A stretch of DNA of 64,000 nt, from NCBI GenBank assembly GCA_041649315.1, contig JBAZNJ010000001.1, positions 5,869 through 69,868 on the forward strand, read 5' to 3'. The notes beneath the pieces are model-generated. The model made no database searches, was not told the DNA's origin, and saw nothing but the letters and a program-made list of their open reading frames with translations. This DNA comes from Patescibacteria group bacterium. GTDB taxonomy: Bacteria > Patescibacteriota > Patescibacteriia > Patescibacteriales > UBA12465. A program made the position numbers and the translations under genes. Every line of letters begins with the position of its first letter. Positions within the stretch are counted from its first letter, which is position 1. Below, in pieces: positions 27,816 through 37,399 of this stretch.

Positions 27816-27846
27816 AGACCCGCCGATTTCTCGGAGGGTCTTTTTT
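27816..27846. terminator. terminator hairpin downstream of surface-protein gene
   Basis: agacccgccga-tttc-tcggagggtct (10 of 11 bp paired), flanked by AAAA and TTTTTT. Confidence 0.5.
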
Positions 27847-27868
27847 CTATATCTTTAATTCTCTAGAA

Positions 27869-29401
27869 TTACTTTACGTCTTCAACGGAAATCTGGCGCA
27901 GGTTATCGTTAGTGATACCTAAGCCAAGATTGCGCATAATCGCGAAAGCGTCAGCCGGACGACCTAAATAATGTAATTTAAGATCGAGCGGATTAACGTA
28001 ATACGCTTCACCTTTAGCCTGGACTCTTAATAGAATCCGGCCGGCTAAACGGGACGGCGCCTTGCCGTTCCAGGAAGCATAATCTTTCTCACTAACGCCT
28101 AAGCCAAGCCCGCGCATGATGCCGAAAGCATCGGCCGGACGGCCTAAGTAATACTTAGCGGAATTAACCGGATTAACATACCAGGCCTCGCCTTTAGCTT
28201 GGACCTGTAAAAGAATCCGACCAGCTAAGCGTTTCGCCAAAGCGGCGTTAACTCTCTTAACCAAGCCTTTTTCCGCCATAACGAAAGCGTTTCTTACCGC
28301 ACTATCCATACCGACTTCGGCCGGAGTTTCGGTAATCACCGTCGGCTGATCAGCCGCGCCGCAAACTTTCTTGGTCGCTTCCTGCTGAGCCGCGGTCAAA
28401 GTACAATTGTTCGGCGTACTGGAAAGGACATTGCGATACTGGTAGCCGCCAAAGCAAGCCGCCGCATATTCACCATAAGTTACGCTCGTACAATAAGCCG
28501 CCGCTACCCGGCTACCGCCGGAAGAAGAGCTACCGGAGCTACTCGAAGAATAAGTCGCGAAATAAGAAGCTCGACAGGTATAAACCGTAGCATAGCCGCC
28601 GCTAACTACTACAGCCGTTGCCGGATCACTGCCGACACCAGAACTACAAGTATCCGTGGACGCTACAGTTAAACCGGTTGAAACCCAAGTTGAACCGCTA
28701 TCAGCACTTCTCTTGATATAAAGAGTAGTACCGTTAAGCGAAGAATCAACCGGGATCTTAACGGTTACCGGCGCGCTGAAATACAAAGTTTCGCTGGTCG
28801 CACCGAATTCAATCGCCCCCTTGACCGAAGCCGAGGAAGAAATCGTGGAAGCGGTAATCGAGCTTAACTTATCAGCGCTCGTTAAAGTCGTGGCATCAAA
28901 AGCTGTGCCGCCGCTATTGGTAATAACCGTGCCGCTCGGAATTAAGACCTGAACATCACCCGCCGTAGCCGTCGCCGTGAAAGCGATATTATCCGCGGCC
29001 GTTAACGAAGTAACTGCCGTCGGATCACTCCCACTTAAAGTAAACAGGGTCGGAACCGCCGAAGCGATGCTGGCCGCCGGGACTTCCTGGTAGGAAGTTG
29101 AGCCGACAGTTACGCTATCAGCGCTGGCGCGATAACCATAACCATAGCCATAGCCATAGGCGTCAGTCGCGGAAGTGGTGAAGTCGGTCTTATAACCATA
29201 CAAAGTACCACCGTCAAAACCGGAGCCGTAGCCGTAACCATAGCCGTAACCATAACCCCAACCGGCGCTGCCGGTCTGGCGCATAAATTGCGCGTACAAG
29301 TTCGGACCGAAAACCAAAGCAAAAACCGCTACGGCCAAAAAGCCAAAAATCGCGGTTGCCACCTTATTCTCGGAGAACAGAAAACCTTTAATTTTTTTCA
29401 T
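27869..29401 (-). CDS. secreted surface protein: signal/TM, Gly-Tyr repeats, Ser/Thr-rich region, two C-terminal ~60-aa repeat domains
   Basis: 510 aa. It contains WGYGYGYGYGYGSGF and AYGYGYGYGY, an SSSSSGSSSSGGS tract, and a duplicated LAGRILL(Q/R)VQAKGEA(W/Y)YVNP...YLGRPADAF(G/A)IMR.LGLG module. Confidence 0.8.
   Translation of the reverse strand: MKKIKGFLFSENKVATAIFGFLAVAVFALVFGPNLYAQFMRQTGSAGWGYGYGYGYGYGSGFDGGTLYGYKTDFTTSATDAYGYGYGYGYRASADSVTVGSTSYQEVPAASIASAVPTLFTLSGSDPTAVTSLTAADNIAFTATATAGDVQVLIPSGTVITNSGGTAFDATTLTSADKLSSITASTISSSASVKGAIEFGATSETLYFSAPVTVKIPVDSSLNGTTLYIKRSADSGSTWVSTGLTVASTDTCSSGVGSDPATAVVVSGGYATVYTCRASYFATYSSSSSGSSSSGGSRVAAAYCTSVTYGEYAAACFGGYQYRNVLSSTPNNCTLTAAQQEATKKVCGAADQPTVITETPAEVGMDSAVRNAFVMAEKGLVKRVNAALAKRLAGRILLQVQAKGEAWYVNPVNSAKYYLGRPADAFGIMRGLGLGVSEKDYASWNGKAPSRLAGRILLRVQAKGEAYYVNPLDLKLHYLGRPADAFAIMRNLGLGITNDNLRQISVEDVK
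27872..28234 (-). repeat. tandem duplication of a ~180-nt domain-coding unit inside the surface-protein gene
   Basis: The two C-terminal repeat domains are at 27872..28054 and 28055..28234. Their core (AGRILL..VQAKGEA.YVNP...YLGRPADAF.IMR.LGLG) is near-identical at protein level. Confidence 0.7.
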
Positions 29402-29414
29402 TTGTTTTGTTATT

Positions 29415-29454
29415 AAATCTTTTAAAAAATCTATAATATTATTTTAAAAGATTT
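29415..29454. promoter_or_regulatory. 13-bp perfect inverted repeat just upstream of the surface-protein ATG
   Basis: aaatcttttaaaa (29415..29427) and ttttaaaagattt (29442..29454), with a 14-nt loop that contains tataat. It lies 14-53 nt upstream of the ATG at 29401. Confidence 0.4.
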
Positions 29455-29481
29455 TGAGAAAATATGATTTAAAATAATTAC

Positions 29482-29497
29482 AAAATTACGTAATTTT
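29482..29497. promoter_or_regulatory. perfect 16-bp palindrome AAAATTACGTAATTTT
   Basis: Self-complementary sequence about 80-95 nt upstream of the surface-protein ATG. It is a candidate dimeric regulator site. Confidence 0.3.
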
Positions 29498-29595
29498 TAT
29501 AATTATTCTAATCGTTATTTAATTCGACCTTTATAAATAAATTATAACATTTTTATAAAATAAGGCCAAATATTAGATAAAATTTATCTATAGAC

Positions 29596-29622
29596 AAAAA
29601 GCCCTAAAAATAGGGCTTTTTT
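29596..29622. terminator. bidirectional rho-independent terminator ending the long envelope operon
   Basis: aaaaa-gcccta-aaaa-tagggc-tttttt. Confidence 0.65.
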
Positions 29623-29702
29623 ATATCTTCAAAAAAGTTATCCACAGCTTTAATTATTTTTAATTATCATTTTTTATGTTTTTTTCTTTTTTTATTATTT
29701 CT

Positions 29703-30407
29703 TTATTCTCTCATCCCTGGACCGATAATCTCGTTCCCTTTCTCGCCTTCATCCGTTTTCTCGTCTTCTTCCGATTCTGTCCCTCTATCCCGACGCAGTT
29801 CCCTAATCTGAGTCAAAACCGTAATCACTAAAAAATAAAAGGCGGAAATCGCCGAGGACTCGGCTAAAATTTCCCGATTAGAAATCAAAAGAACCGGACA
29901 GGCGGCTAAAAAAACCAAAGCGGCCCCGGCGGCCCAGCGGCTATCTAGAATATAAACGAGCGAACAGGCGGCGTAAAACAAAACAACAAATTCCCAGGCA
30001 CTAACTCCTTTAAATAAACCCAAAGCGGCGATTAAAACAACAATTAAAACTTTTAGCCAGTCCTTTCTTTTAAACGCCTTGATCCGCGCTATTAATTTAA
30101 TCAGAAAACGTCCGAAAGGCCGGCTTAATAAACGAAGAAAATGCCGGAACCAGAAAAAAAATCTGCGGAAAGGCTCTATGGGCCGCGCCTCTTTCGGATG
30201 GAGTAAATTATAAGCCACGGCCGCTAAAATCGTTAAAATGATAAAAGCTCCATGCAAGCCCGGCCAATAAAAATAAGTACGAGCCGCGGGAAAGATAACC
30301 GCGAATAAAAGAACGGTAATATAAAAAATCAAGAAATAAGAATAATATTTTTTTATTTTTTTCGCCAGCTCCTGCCATAAGCCGGGCCAATTCATTTTAT
30401 CTTTCAT
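29703..30407 (-). CDS. hypothetical polytopic membrane protein with acidic C-terminal tail
   Basis: 234 aa with about 5 TM segments and the tail GTESEEDEKTDEGEKGNE. Its ATG overlaps the flippase TGA (ATGA). Confidence 0.7.
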   Translation of the reverse strand: MKDKMNWPGLWQELAKKIKKYYSYFLIFYITVLLFAVIFPAARTYFYWPGLHGAFIILTILAAVAYNLLHPKEARPIEPFRRFFFWFRHFLRLLSRPFGRFLIKLIARIKAFKRKDWLKVLIVVLIAALGLFKGVSAWEFVVLFYAACSLVYILDSRWAAGAALVFLAACPVLLISNREILAESSAISAFYFLVITVLTQIRELRRDRGTESEEDEKTDEGEKGNEIIGPGMRE

Positions 30408-31954
30408 AAAGTTTCTTTTTTAACGACTTCTGATTTAATAACTTCCGATACTATTTCTTCTTTAATAATTTCTTCCTTAATAATTCCCGAACCATTAATA
30501 TTCTTTTCTCCTGCACCCGCGCCTTGCCGCTCTTGAAAAAGTTTTATAAGCAAAATCAAATCAACTAAGCCGAAAACCGCGACTAAAGAAATAATGACCT
30601 GACGGAAATCAAACGGGATAAAAATCAGGACTAAAACTTCGGCAATCGCGCCAAGAGTCATAATCAACAAGCCGCGCCGACGCGCCAAGGCTAGAAAATA
30701 CTGTGCCAAAACATTCATTAAAGTTAATAATAAAATTGCTAAAGCAAATAAAGGCAAATAAGGCGCGGCGCTCAGATACTTTCCGCCAACCACGATCTTA
30801 ATCATAAACTCCGGCCAAAAAACAATAACTAAAAGAGCGGGAATCGTTAAGAGCGCCATCAGGCCCAAAGATTTTAAAAGCACCTTAAATCGCCGCCGCG
30901 TCCGATCATCTTTTAACCCGGCCAAGACCGGAAACATTACGGTCGGCACCGCTCCGCCGACAAAATAAATTATCCGGCCGACCGTCAACAGCGAGCCGTA
31001 AAAACCGGCTTCTTCCGGCGTAAAACTGGCTTTAACAAAAAGCATGTCAAAATTATAAAAAAACTGGCTTAAACCCGTGAACCATAAAACCAATAAAGCA
31101 TAAGGCGTCCAAACTCCGGTCCGGGAAATCTTGTTTTTAATTTCAGCTGAATCGTTTACTCGGACATCTATCCGGCTGTCTGCCTGAACGCCTGCCTGAG
31201 TGTCCGCCTGAACGCCTTCTAAGCCAGGCGCGCCAAACGGCAAAACAGAAGTATTTTGATCGGCCGCAATACTTTGACCAGCCACCGTCTTTTCACCAAG
31301 TGAATCATCCGCCTTTCGCCGGCCAAGCGCAGTAAAAGCCCGGCGGATATAATAGAAACTGATTACAAAAGCTAAAAGCGAAGTCCCGGCTAAAGACCAG
31401 GCCGCGCCAAGCAGGCCGCCGGCCAAACCGGCTACTAAAACCGCGGCTAAAACTAAACGAAAAGCCGATTCATATAAACCGAGCCAAGCTAAAGGCGCAA
31501 AAGCCTGAAGGCCGGTTAAGATAGCGCGATTAACCGTCAAGGGAAAAACATAAATAAAACATAAAGCGGCAATCGGTAAAATTTCCGGCAAAGAGATATT
31601 TAGTAAAACGCTAAGCGAACGGGAAAAAATCAAGATTAAAATTACTAAGACTAAGCCCAAAAGCGACAAACGGCCGGCGGCGCGGCGATGCAGACGAGAT
31701 AATTCTTCCGGCGAATCCGTTAATAAGGCCGTTTCCCGGGTCAAGGCAGTTTTGACCACGGCGGTAAGAATTCCTAAAATAGCGATAAAAGACAAGAGCG
31801 CCTGAAAATCGCCGTAAGCGCCGACGGATAAATAGCGCGATAAGATCGGATGGACTAAATAATTAAAGGCGGAAGCTAAAAAAGTCCCGACCGTTAAGAT
31901 AAAGGTGCCACGAACGAATTTATCCGACCAAAGATGTTTAAACCGAGTAAGCAT
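30404..31954 (-). CDS. MOP-superfamily (Wzx/MurJ-like) polysaccharide flippase
   Basis: 516 aa with 12 or more TMs in two halves, split by a hydrophilic insert (GVQADTQAGVQADSRIDV). The N-terminus FVRGTFILTVGTFLASAFNYLVHPILSRYL is typical of polysaccharide biosynthesis proteins. Confidence 0.8.
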   Translation of the reverse strand: MLTRFKHLWSDKFVRGTFILTVGTFLASAFNYLVHPILSRYLSVGAYGDFQALLSFIAILGILTAVVKTALTRETALLTDSPEELSRLHRRAAGRLSLLGLVLVILILIFSRSLSVLLNISLPEILPIAALCFIYVFPLTVNRAILTGLQAFAPLAWLGLYESAFRLVLAAVLVAGLAGGLLGAAWSLAGTSLLAFVISFYYIRRAFTALGRRKADDSLGEKTVAGQSIAADQNTSVLPFGAPGLEGVQADTQAGVQADSRIDVRVNDSAEIKNKISRTGVWTPYALLVLWFTGLSQFFYNFDMLFVKASFTPEEAGFYGSLLTVGRIIYFVGGAVPTVMFPVLAGLKDDRTRRRFKVLLKSLGLMALLTIPALLVIVFWPEFMIKIVVGGKYLSAAPYLPLFALAILLLTLMNVLAQYFLALARRRGLLIMTLGAIAEVLVLIFIPFDFRQVIISLVAVFGLVDLILLIKLFQERQGAGAGEKNINGSGIIKEEIIKEEIVSEVIKSEVVKKETL

Positions 31955-31974
31955 TTGATAATTGATATTTTTTT

Positions 31975-33756
31975 CTAATAATTTATTTCAAAAACCACTA
32001 AAGTTTCTGTTTCTAAAATTAAATTTAAATAACCTAACTTAGCTAACCAAAGATAATTAAGCCAATCTAATTCTTTGGCTAAAATAATATAACGGAAAGA
32101 TTCGCCATCCGGCAAGACCGGCGGACCGGATAAGCCCTCTTCCCTCATCCAGACGTCCACCGCGGCACTAACCGGATTTTGGCTATTATCATAAATTCCA
32201 CCCCATTCCATATTAGTTCCGGTCTGGACCGGACAGGAAAAAAACTGCGGCGCCGGATTGGCGATAATCCGGCCGGTCCAATTGAAACTCATGTACATGT
32301 GCCAGGGTAGAAACAAAATTCGATCGGAACAAGCTCGATTCTCCTTTGACCGGCTAAGTAATAATTCATTAATCTGATACCAATCTGCAGGATAAGGCGT
32401 TGGCCGAACCTGGCCGGCAAAACCAAAAATTAATAAAGGCGCCTGGGCAAAAATTATTAAAGCGAAAACCAAGGCAATAAGATGGCGACGAACAAGCGAC
32501 AAACGCGAAAAAAATCTGCTTAAACTTATACGCCGGACGGCCAAAGATAAATAAAACAAATAAATCGGAATAACCAGAGCGACGAATTTTTGCGGCTCGC
32601 GCAAACCGCGATAACCGGGTAAATTATCATGCAGCCAGAAAATTATTGGCGCGAATAATGGCGACTTGACCCCAACCGCCAAAATTACGCTCGCAAGATA
32701 AATAATAATCAAAGAAATGCTAAAAATCTTTTGTCGCCGGGAAGCGCGATAAAAGCTAAGATAGACTCCATATAAAATAAAAGGTAAAAGAATAACAAAG
32801 GCCTTTTGCCAGCCCGGCGTCGTAGCTAAATCCGCGTAGCGATTCTGATCCTGGCCCCAAAAGCCGCTCATCAAAACGACTTTAGTAAAAGTTTCGGCCG
32901 GAATATTCCCCGAAGTCTGGAAAGTGAATAAATCCTGGTGGCTGATTCCTTGTTCCACGAATTCAACTATGGACGATTGACCGGAAGCCATGGCAAAAAG
33001 CCAATTGGCATTAAGCGCGATAATAATCGCTCCGGCGACTAAAAGCTTAAGCCAAAAAAAGCGGCCAACCCGAGCCGAACGGACGGCTTTTCTTTTTAAA
33101 AATAGCGCTAGGAAAAAAATCAGATAAAGCGGCAAAAGGAAGAAAATAAAATGAAGGGCGAACATCAGAGTCAAACCGGTAAACATCGCCGCCAAGAATA
33201 ATTCCTTGGCTTTAAGCGTCCGCCAAAACTCAAAGAGATAAGCCGCCGTAAACAATAAAGCGCCGTAGGCAATTAAAACCCCAAACTGGCCATAAAGCGC
33301 CCGATCATAAACAAAGGGATTAAATAAAGCGAATAAGCTTAAAACAAAAACCAATCCGGCCGAAGGAACGGACGATGCCAGCTCTTTTTCGTCCGAAGAA
33401 AATTCTCTGGCCTCCTGTTTAACCGGAAAAAATTTCCCTGCCCCTTGTCCAGCTTGATATTTTAAAATCGCTTTGACCAACAAACGGCCGCCGAATAAAA
33501 TCAGGGCTAAAATAAGACCGATAAAAATCTTCTGAATAAAAGCCGAGGGAAGAAAATAATCTAAAAATTTCCAGATTAGATTCATTAAAAAAGATCCCCG
33601 GGTCCAATCCACGGGAACAATCGGTCCGCGGACGAAATCGGTAAAAAAAAGATAGCCGGATTTAAAAAACCAGGGCAGAATTATCGCCAGGATGACGAGC
33701 CAATAAGCGCCCTGAGCGGATAAGAATTTTTTAATTTTTTCTTGTATGGTTTTCAT
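31975..33756 (-). CDS. polytopic membrane protein, possible GT-C-type glycosyltransferase
   Basis: 593 aa with many TMs and a C-terminal soluble domain. The function is inferred only from architecture and context. Confidence 0.6.
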   Translation of the reverse strand: MKTIQEKIKKFLSAQGAYWLVILAIILPWFFKSGYLFFTDFVRGPIVPVDWTRGSFLMNLIWKFLDYFLPSAFIQKIFIGLILALILFGGRLLVKAILKYQAGQGAGKFFPVKQEAREFSSDEKELASSVPSAGLVFVLSLFALFNPFVYDRALYGQFGVLIAYGALLFTAAYLFEFWRTLKAKELFLAAMFTGLTLMFALHFIFFLLPLYLIFFLALFLKRKAVRSARVGRFFWLKLLVAGAIIIALNANWLFAMASGQSSIVEFVEQGISHQDLFTFQTSGNIPAETFTKVVLMSGFWGQDQNRYADLATTPGWQKAFVILLPFILYGVYLSFYRASRRQKIFSISLIIIYLASVILAVGVKSPLFAPIIFWLHDNLPGYRGLREPQKFVALVIPIYLFYLSLAVRRISLSRFFSRLSLVRRHLIALVFALIIFAQAPLLIFGFAGQVRPTPYPADWYQINELLLSRSKENRACSDRILFLPWHMYMSFNWTGRIIANPAPQFFSCPVQTGTNMEWGGIYDNSQNPVSAAVDVWMREEGLSGPPVLPDGESFRYIILAKELDWLNYLWLAKLGYLNLILETETLVVFEINY

Positions 33757-33793
33757 GAGTTATCAAAAACTAATTATCTAAATTTCATGACAA

Positions 33794-34930
33794 TCATTTC
33801 AAACTATTTAAAATCTCTAAAAGATTTTGTTTAGTCAAAAGCCGCGGATTATTTTTTACCCGATCGGGGTTAAATCCATTTTTAATAATTATCTTTATCC
33901 CGTCGCTATTTATTCCTAAATCACTTAAACTAATTTTCAACCCAACAGCCAACAATAAATCATTAATTCTTTGCTTAGCTTTTAAAACATCGGAAGCACC
34001 TAGAAGTTTGACTAAGTTGTTTATATTTTTTCTTACATATTCAACTCCTCTTTTGTCTACAACATCTTCGGAAGCAACCCGACTATTATAAACCAAAAAG
34101 CTCCCTAAGGTTAAAGCGACAGCCTGACCGTGGGCTACGCCAAAATATGAAGTAATGGGATAAGAAATCGCGTGGCAAGCCGTGGTTTCTGAAATATTAA
34201 TAGCGCGGCCGGCCAGATTAGCCGCCCGGCTCATCGCCAACCTGGATTTTTTATCAGGATTATTTACCGCTTTTTTAAAATTCTTTAATACCATCTTAAT
34301 CGCTTGAGCGGCATATCTTTTGGACTCCGGCGTAGAATTAACGCTCCAATATGATTCAATCGCCTGAGTTAAAGCGTCGGCGCCGGTTTCAGCCGTAATT
34401 TTCTTGTTCAAATTAAAAGTAAATTGAGGATCAATGATAGAACAATCTGGTAATATAAATTTATGTTTTAAAGAATATTTATTTTTACCAATATAAATTA
34501 CCGAAAAGCAGGTAGCTTCGCTACCAGTCCCAGCCGTAGTAGGGATTGTTATTAACTTTTTACCAGGGTTTACTATTTCTTTCTTTTTCAAAATATAATT
34601 TTCGGGAGAACAATTTTGAACAGCTAAAATATTTATAGACTTAGCAACATCAATTGCGCTCCCGCCACCAACAGCAATAATTATATCAGGATTATATTTT
34701 CTAAATAATTTTATTCCTCTTTTAATGTCAGCTAATTTTGGATTAGGAGAAAAATCAGTAAAATTAAAAACTGAATATTTTTTTAAAATCGGTTTTAATA
34801 TTCTTTCCGCTCCACAAAGCTTATATGAAGTCTTTCCGGATATTAAAAAAACTTTCTTCACTTTATTTTGGTGAAGATATTTATCTAAATTTTTAATTGA
34901 ATTTATGCCAATATAAATTTTCTGTGGCAT
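33794..34930 (-). CDS. group III iron-containing alcohol dehydrogenase; predicted phosphonoacetaldehyde reductase (FomC/PhpC-like role)
   Basis: AVGGGSAIDVAKS and the Fe-ADH His cluster region (ACHAISYPITSYFGVAHGQAV). It is directly downstream of Ppd. Confidence 0.7.
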   Translation of the reverse strand: MPQKIYIGINSIKNLDKYLHQNKVKKVFLISGKTSYKLCGAERILKPILKKYSVFNFTDFSPNPKLADIKRGIKLFRKYNPDIIIAVGGGSAIDVAKSINILAVQNCSPENYILKKKEIVNPGKKLITIPTTAGTGSEATCFSVIYIGKNKYSLKHKFILPDCSIIDPQFTFNLNKKITAETGADALTQAIESYWSVNSTPESKRYAAQAIKMVLKNFKKAVNNPDKKSRLAMSRAANLAGRAINISETTACHAISYPITSYFGVAHGQAVALTLGSFLVYNSRVASEDVVDKRGVEYVRKNINNLVKLLGASDVLKAKQRINDLLLAVGLKISLSDLGINSDGIKIIIKNGFNPDRVKNNPRLLTKQNLLEILNSLK

Positions 34931-34940
34931 TTTTATTTAT

Positions 34941-36068
34941 TTAGGTATTCTTAATAAACTTTATAAAATTTTTCTTATTATCAATCGGGCTAATATTCGG
35001 CCGACCCAAATCTTCTCTTGATAAGCTATTTATTCTTATTTCCAAAAAAGATGGACCAACGCTATCGTTTAATAATTTAAGACTATTTTTAATATCTTCT
35101 AGAGAGTTGGCTTGATAAACATTCTTATAACCACAAGCCTGGGCTAGAAGTTGCATGTCAACATTAAACCCAACCGTTGGCTGGCCGCCGACCGATTCAT
35201 GACAGCCGTTATTCAAAATTATATGATTAAAATTATGTAGCGCTTGAGAGCCGATAATCGCCAAAGATCCCATATGCATAATAAGCGCGCCGTCGCCGTC
35301 TAAACAATAAATTTTTCTATTTTTTTTCTCGCGAGCAATTCCTAAGGCGATGGAAGAAGAATGCCCCATTGAACCAACCGTTAAAAAATCCTTGTCATGC
35401 CCTTGGTGCCGGTAATCGCGATATTCAAAAAGTTCTCGCGAAGCTTTACCGGTCGTGGAAACAATAATGTCTTCCGGTGTCAAAGCGTCAACAATACATT
35501 TAATTGCTTCTTCCCGGGACACCGGATAATTATTGACCGGCTTATTCTGTAAAAAATATTTTTCAAAAGTGTCTTTTCTGACAAGCAAAACATAAGGAGC
35601 GCTTTTCTCTTTCATATAAACGCATGCTTTCTCTAGACATTTCTCCGCCTCATCTAGAGACGATGGCAAAATATCATAAGGAATAGACAGAGCCTCAAAT
35701 AATTTCTCGGTAACCTCCCCCTGTTTAATATGCTGGGGTTCATCTTTAATATTAGGCTCACCGCGCCAACCGACTACTATCAGCATCGGGATACTATATA
35801 CTTCCGGATCAACTAACGATACCAAGGGATTAACAGCGTTTCCGATACCGGAATTCTGCATATACACCAAGCCGATATTCCCGGTAGCGAGATAATGGCC
35901 GGCGGCTAAAGCGACGGCGTTACCTTCGTTGGCGCTGATGATATGATTTTCTCCGGCCCAGTCCATTAAATAAGAACAAAAATTCTTTAGTAAAGAATCC
36001 GGCACGCCAGTAAAAAAATCTATATTCTTTTCCAATAAACTTTGATAAAATTTTTCCGGATTAAGCAT
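34941..36068 (-). CDS. aepY: phosphonopyruvate decarboxylase
   Basis: N-terminus IDFFTGVPDSLLKNFCSYL and ThDP motif LDGDGALIMHMGSLAIIG...ILNNGCHESVGGQ. Length about 375 aa, as in Ppd/Fom2/AepY. Confidence 0.85.
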   Translation of the reverse strand: MLNPEKFYQSLLEKNIDFFTGVPDSLLKNFCSYLMDWAGENHIISANEGNAVALAAGHYLATGNIGLVYMQNSGIGNAVNPLVSLVDPEVYSIPMLIVVGWRGEPNIKDEPQHIKQGEVTEKLFEALSIPYDILPSSLDEAEKCLEKACVYMKEKSAPYVLLVRKDTFEKYFLQNKPVNNYPVSREEAIKCIVDALTPEDIIVSTTGKASRELFEYRDYRHQGHDKDFLTVGSMGHSSSIALGIAREKKNRKIYCLDGDGALIMHMGSLAIIGSQALHNFNHIILNNGCHESVGGQPTVGFNVDMQLLAQACGYKNVYQANSLEDIKNSLKLLNDSVGPSFLEIRINSLSREDLGRPNISPIDNKKNFIKFIKNT

Positions 36069-36069
36069 A

Positions 36070-37383
36070 TTATTTCCCGCCCGGGATTAAGGTTAAAATT
36101 TCTTTGATTGATAAACATTCATCTTCACATTCATAAGACCGTTCATTTAATAAAATTGATTTTGCGGTATTAACCATCGCCGGATAAGCGCTGCGCAATA
36201 AATGATTCGCATAAATTATAACATTCACTCCGGCTTCTATTAATTCTGTTTCATAAATTTTATTATAACTTGACGGAACCGCCACTAAGGGCACTTTTTT
36301 TTCAAATTTTTTATATTCTCGGCAAAATTCCAATATTTCATCAGGCTCTTTCTCCCGGCTATGAATCATTATCCCGTCCGCGCCGGCCTCAATATAAGCC
36401 CGGGCGCGCTTAACGGCATCATCTAAACCTTTTTTAAGAATAAGGCTTTCAATTCTGGCGATAATCATAAAATCATCGGTCACCTGTGCTTTTTTGCCCA
36501 TGGAAATTTTATGGCAAAAACTATCAATATTATCCTGAGTCTGCTCAACATCCGTTCCGAATAAAGAATTTTTTTTCAAACCGATCTTATCTTCAATAAT
36601 AACCGCCGAGACCCCCATTCGTTCCAAGGTTTTAACTCCGAAGACAAAATGTTCCGGAATTCCGCCAGTGTCGCCGTCAAAAATTATCGGCTTAGTCGTT
36701 ACCTCCATAATATCGTTAACCGTGGTTAAGCGGGAAGTCAAATCTACACATTCAATATCCGGCTTTCCTTTGGCGGTTGAATCCGTCAAACTACTAAGCC
36801 ACATGCCGTCAAACTCCTTGATTCCCTTTTCATCCTTAATTTTTAAATTATCAACTATCAACCCGGTCAGGCCGTTATGCGCTTCCATAATCCGCACCGC
36901 CGGCTTCACCTCCAACAATCTCTTCAGTCTTTTCATCCTTATCTCCGGCGTTGTCCCAATTTCATGCATTTTTTCATGCAAGGAGGTAGAGGAAATACCT
37001 TTAGTATAGGGTAGTTCCACTAATTCTCCGCCCCATTCTTTCAGGGCGGCAATAACCCGAGCGCGGGTTTCCTTCTGCGCCCCCTCTTTCCAATCATCAC
37101 CATGAACAACATAATCCGGCTTTAACTCCTTTAAATTAGAAACATAATCAAGAGTATCCTGAGGAATAACTTTGGCGACGCCTTTTAAATTTTCCACAAT
37201 CTGTTTCCTCTGATCATAAGTTAAAAACGGTAAGCGCTTATAGCTGGCGATTGCCTTATCCGTTAACAAACCGACCACGACTTCGCCGATTTCTTTGGCG
37301 CGATTTATTATATTCAAATGGCCGGGATGAATAAGGTCAGCACTCATCCCGACATAAACGACTTTTTTCTGGTTATCAGGCAT
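36070..37383 (-). CDS. pepM: bifunctional cytidylyltransferase / phosphoenolpyruvate mutase (Fom1-like fusion)
   Basis: N-terminal roughly 130 aa: [24 protein letters not shown] (HxGH cytidylyltransferase). C-terminus: [21 protein letters not shown] and the PEP-mutase-specific EDKxxxxxNS ([12 protein letters not shown]). Confidence 0.88.
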   Translation of the reverse strand: MPDNQKKVVYVGMSADLIHPGHLNIINRAKEIGEVVVGLLTDKAIASYKRLPFLTYDQRKQIVENLKGVAKVIPQDTLDYVSNLKELKPDYVVHGDDWKEGAQKETRARVIAALKEWGGELVELPYTKGISSTSLHEKMHEIGTTPEIRMKRLKRLLEVKPAVRIMEAHNGLTGLIVDNLKIKDEKGIKEFDGMWLSSLTDSTAKGKPDIECVDLTSRLTTVNDIMEVTTKPIIFDGDTGGIPEHFVFGVKTLERMGVSAVIIEDKIGLKKNSLFGTDVEQTQDNIDSFCHKISMGKKAQVTDDFMIIARIESLILKKGLDDAVKRARAYIEAGADGIMIHSREKEPDEILEFCREYKKFEKKVPLVAVPSSYNKIYETELIEAGVNVIIYANHLLRSAYPAMVNTAKSILLNERSYECEDECLSIKEILTLIPGGK

Positions 37384-37399
37384 AGAATTAAACTTTGAA

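Noticed and set aside
29110-29322. 70-aa minus-strand ORF (MLWFSVRTCTRNLCARPAAPVGVMVTAMVTATAP...)
   Set aside because: It is an alternative frame of the GY-repeat region of the 510-aa surface-protein gene. Its repetitive composition is an artefact of reading (GGTTAT)n out of frame.
33794-37383. Fosfomycin (antibiotic) biosynthetic gene cluster
   Set aside because: Only the early Fom1/Fom2/FomC-like steps are present. No HppE-type epoxidase or FomD-type hydrolase is visible, and no adjacent resistance gene (fomA/B, fosA/B/X-like) is visible either. The context of a membrane transferase, flippase and GTs points to envelope decoration instead.
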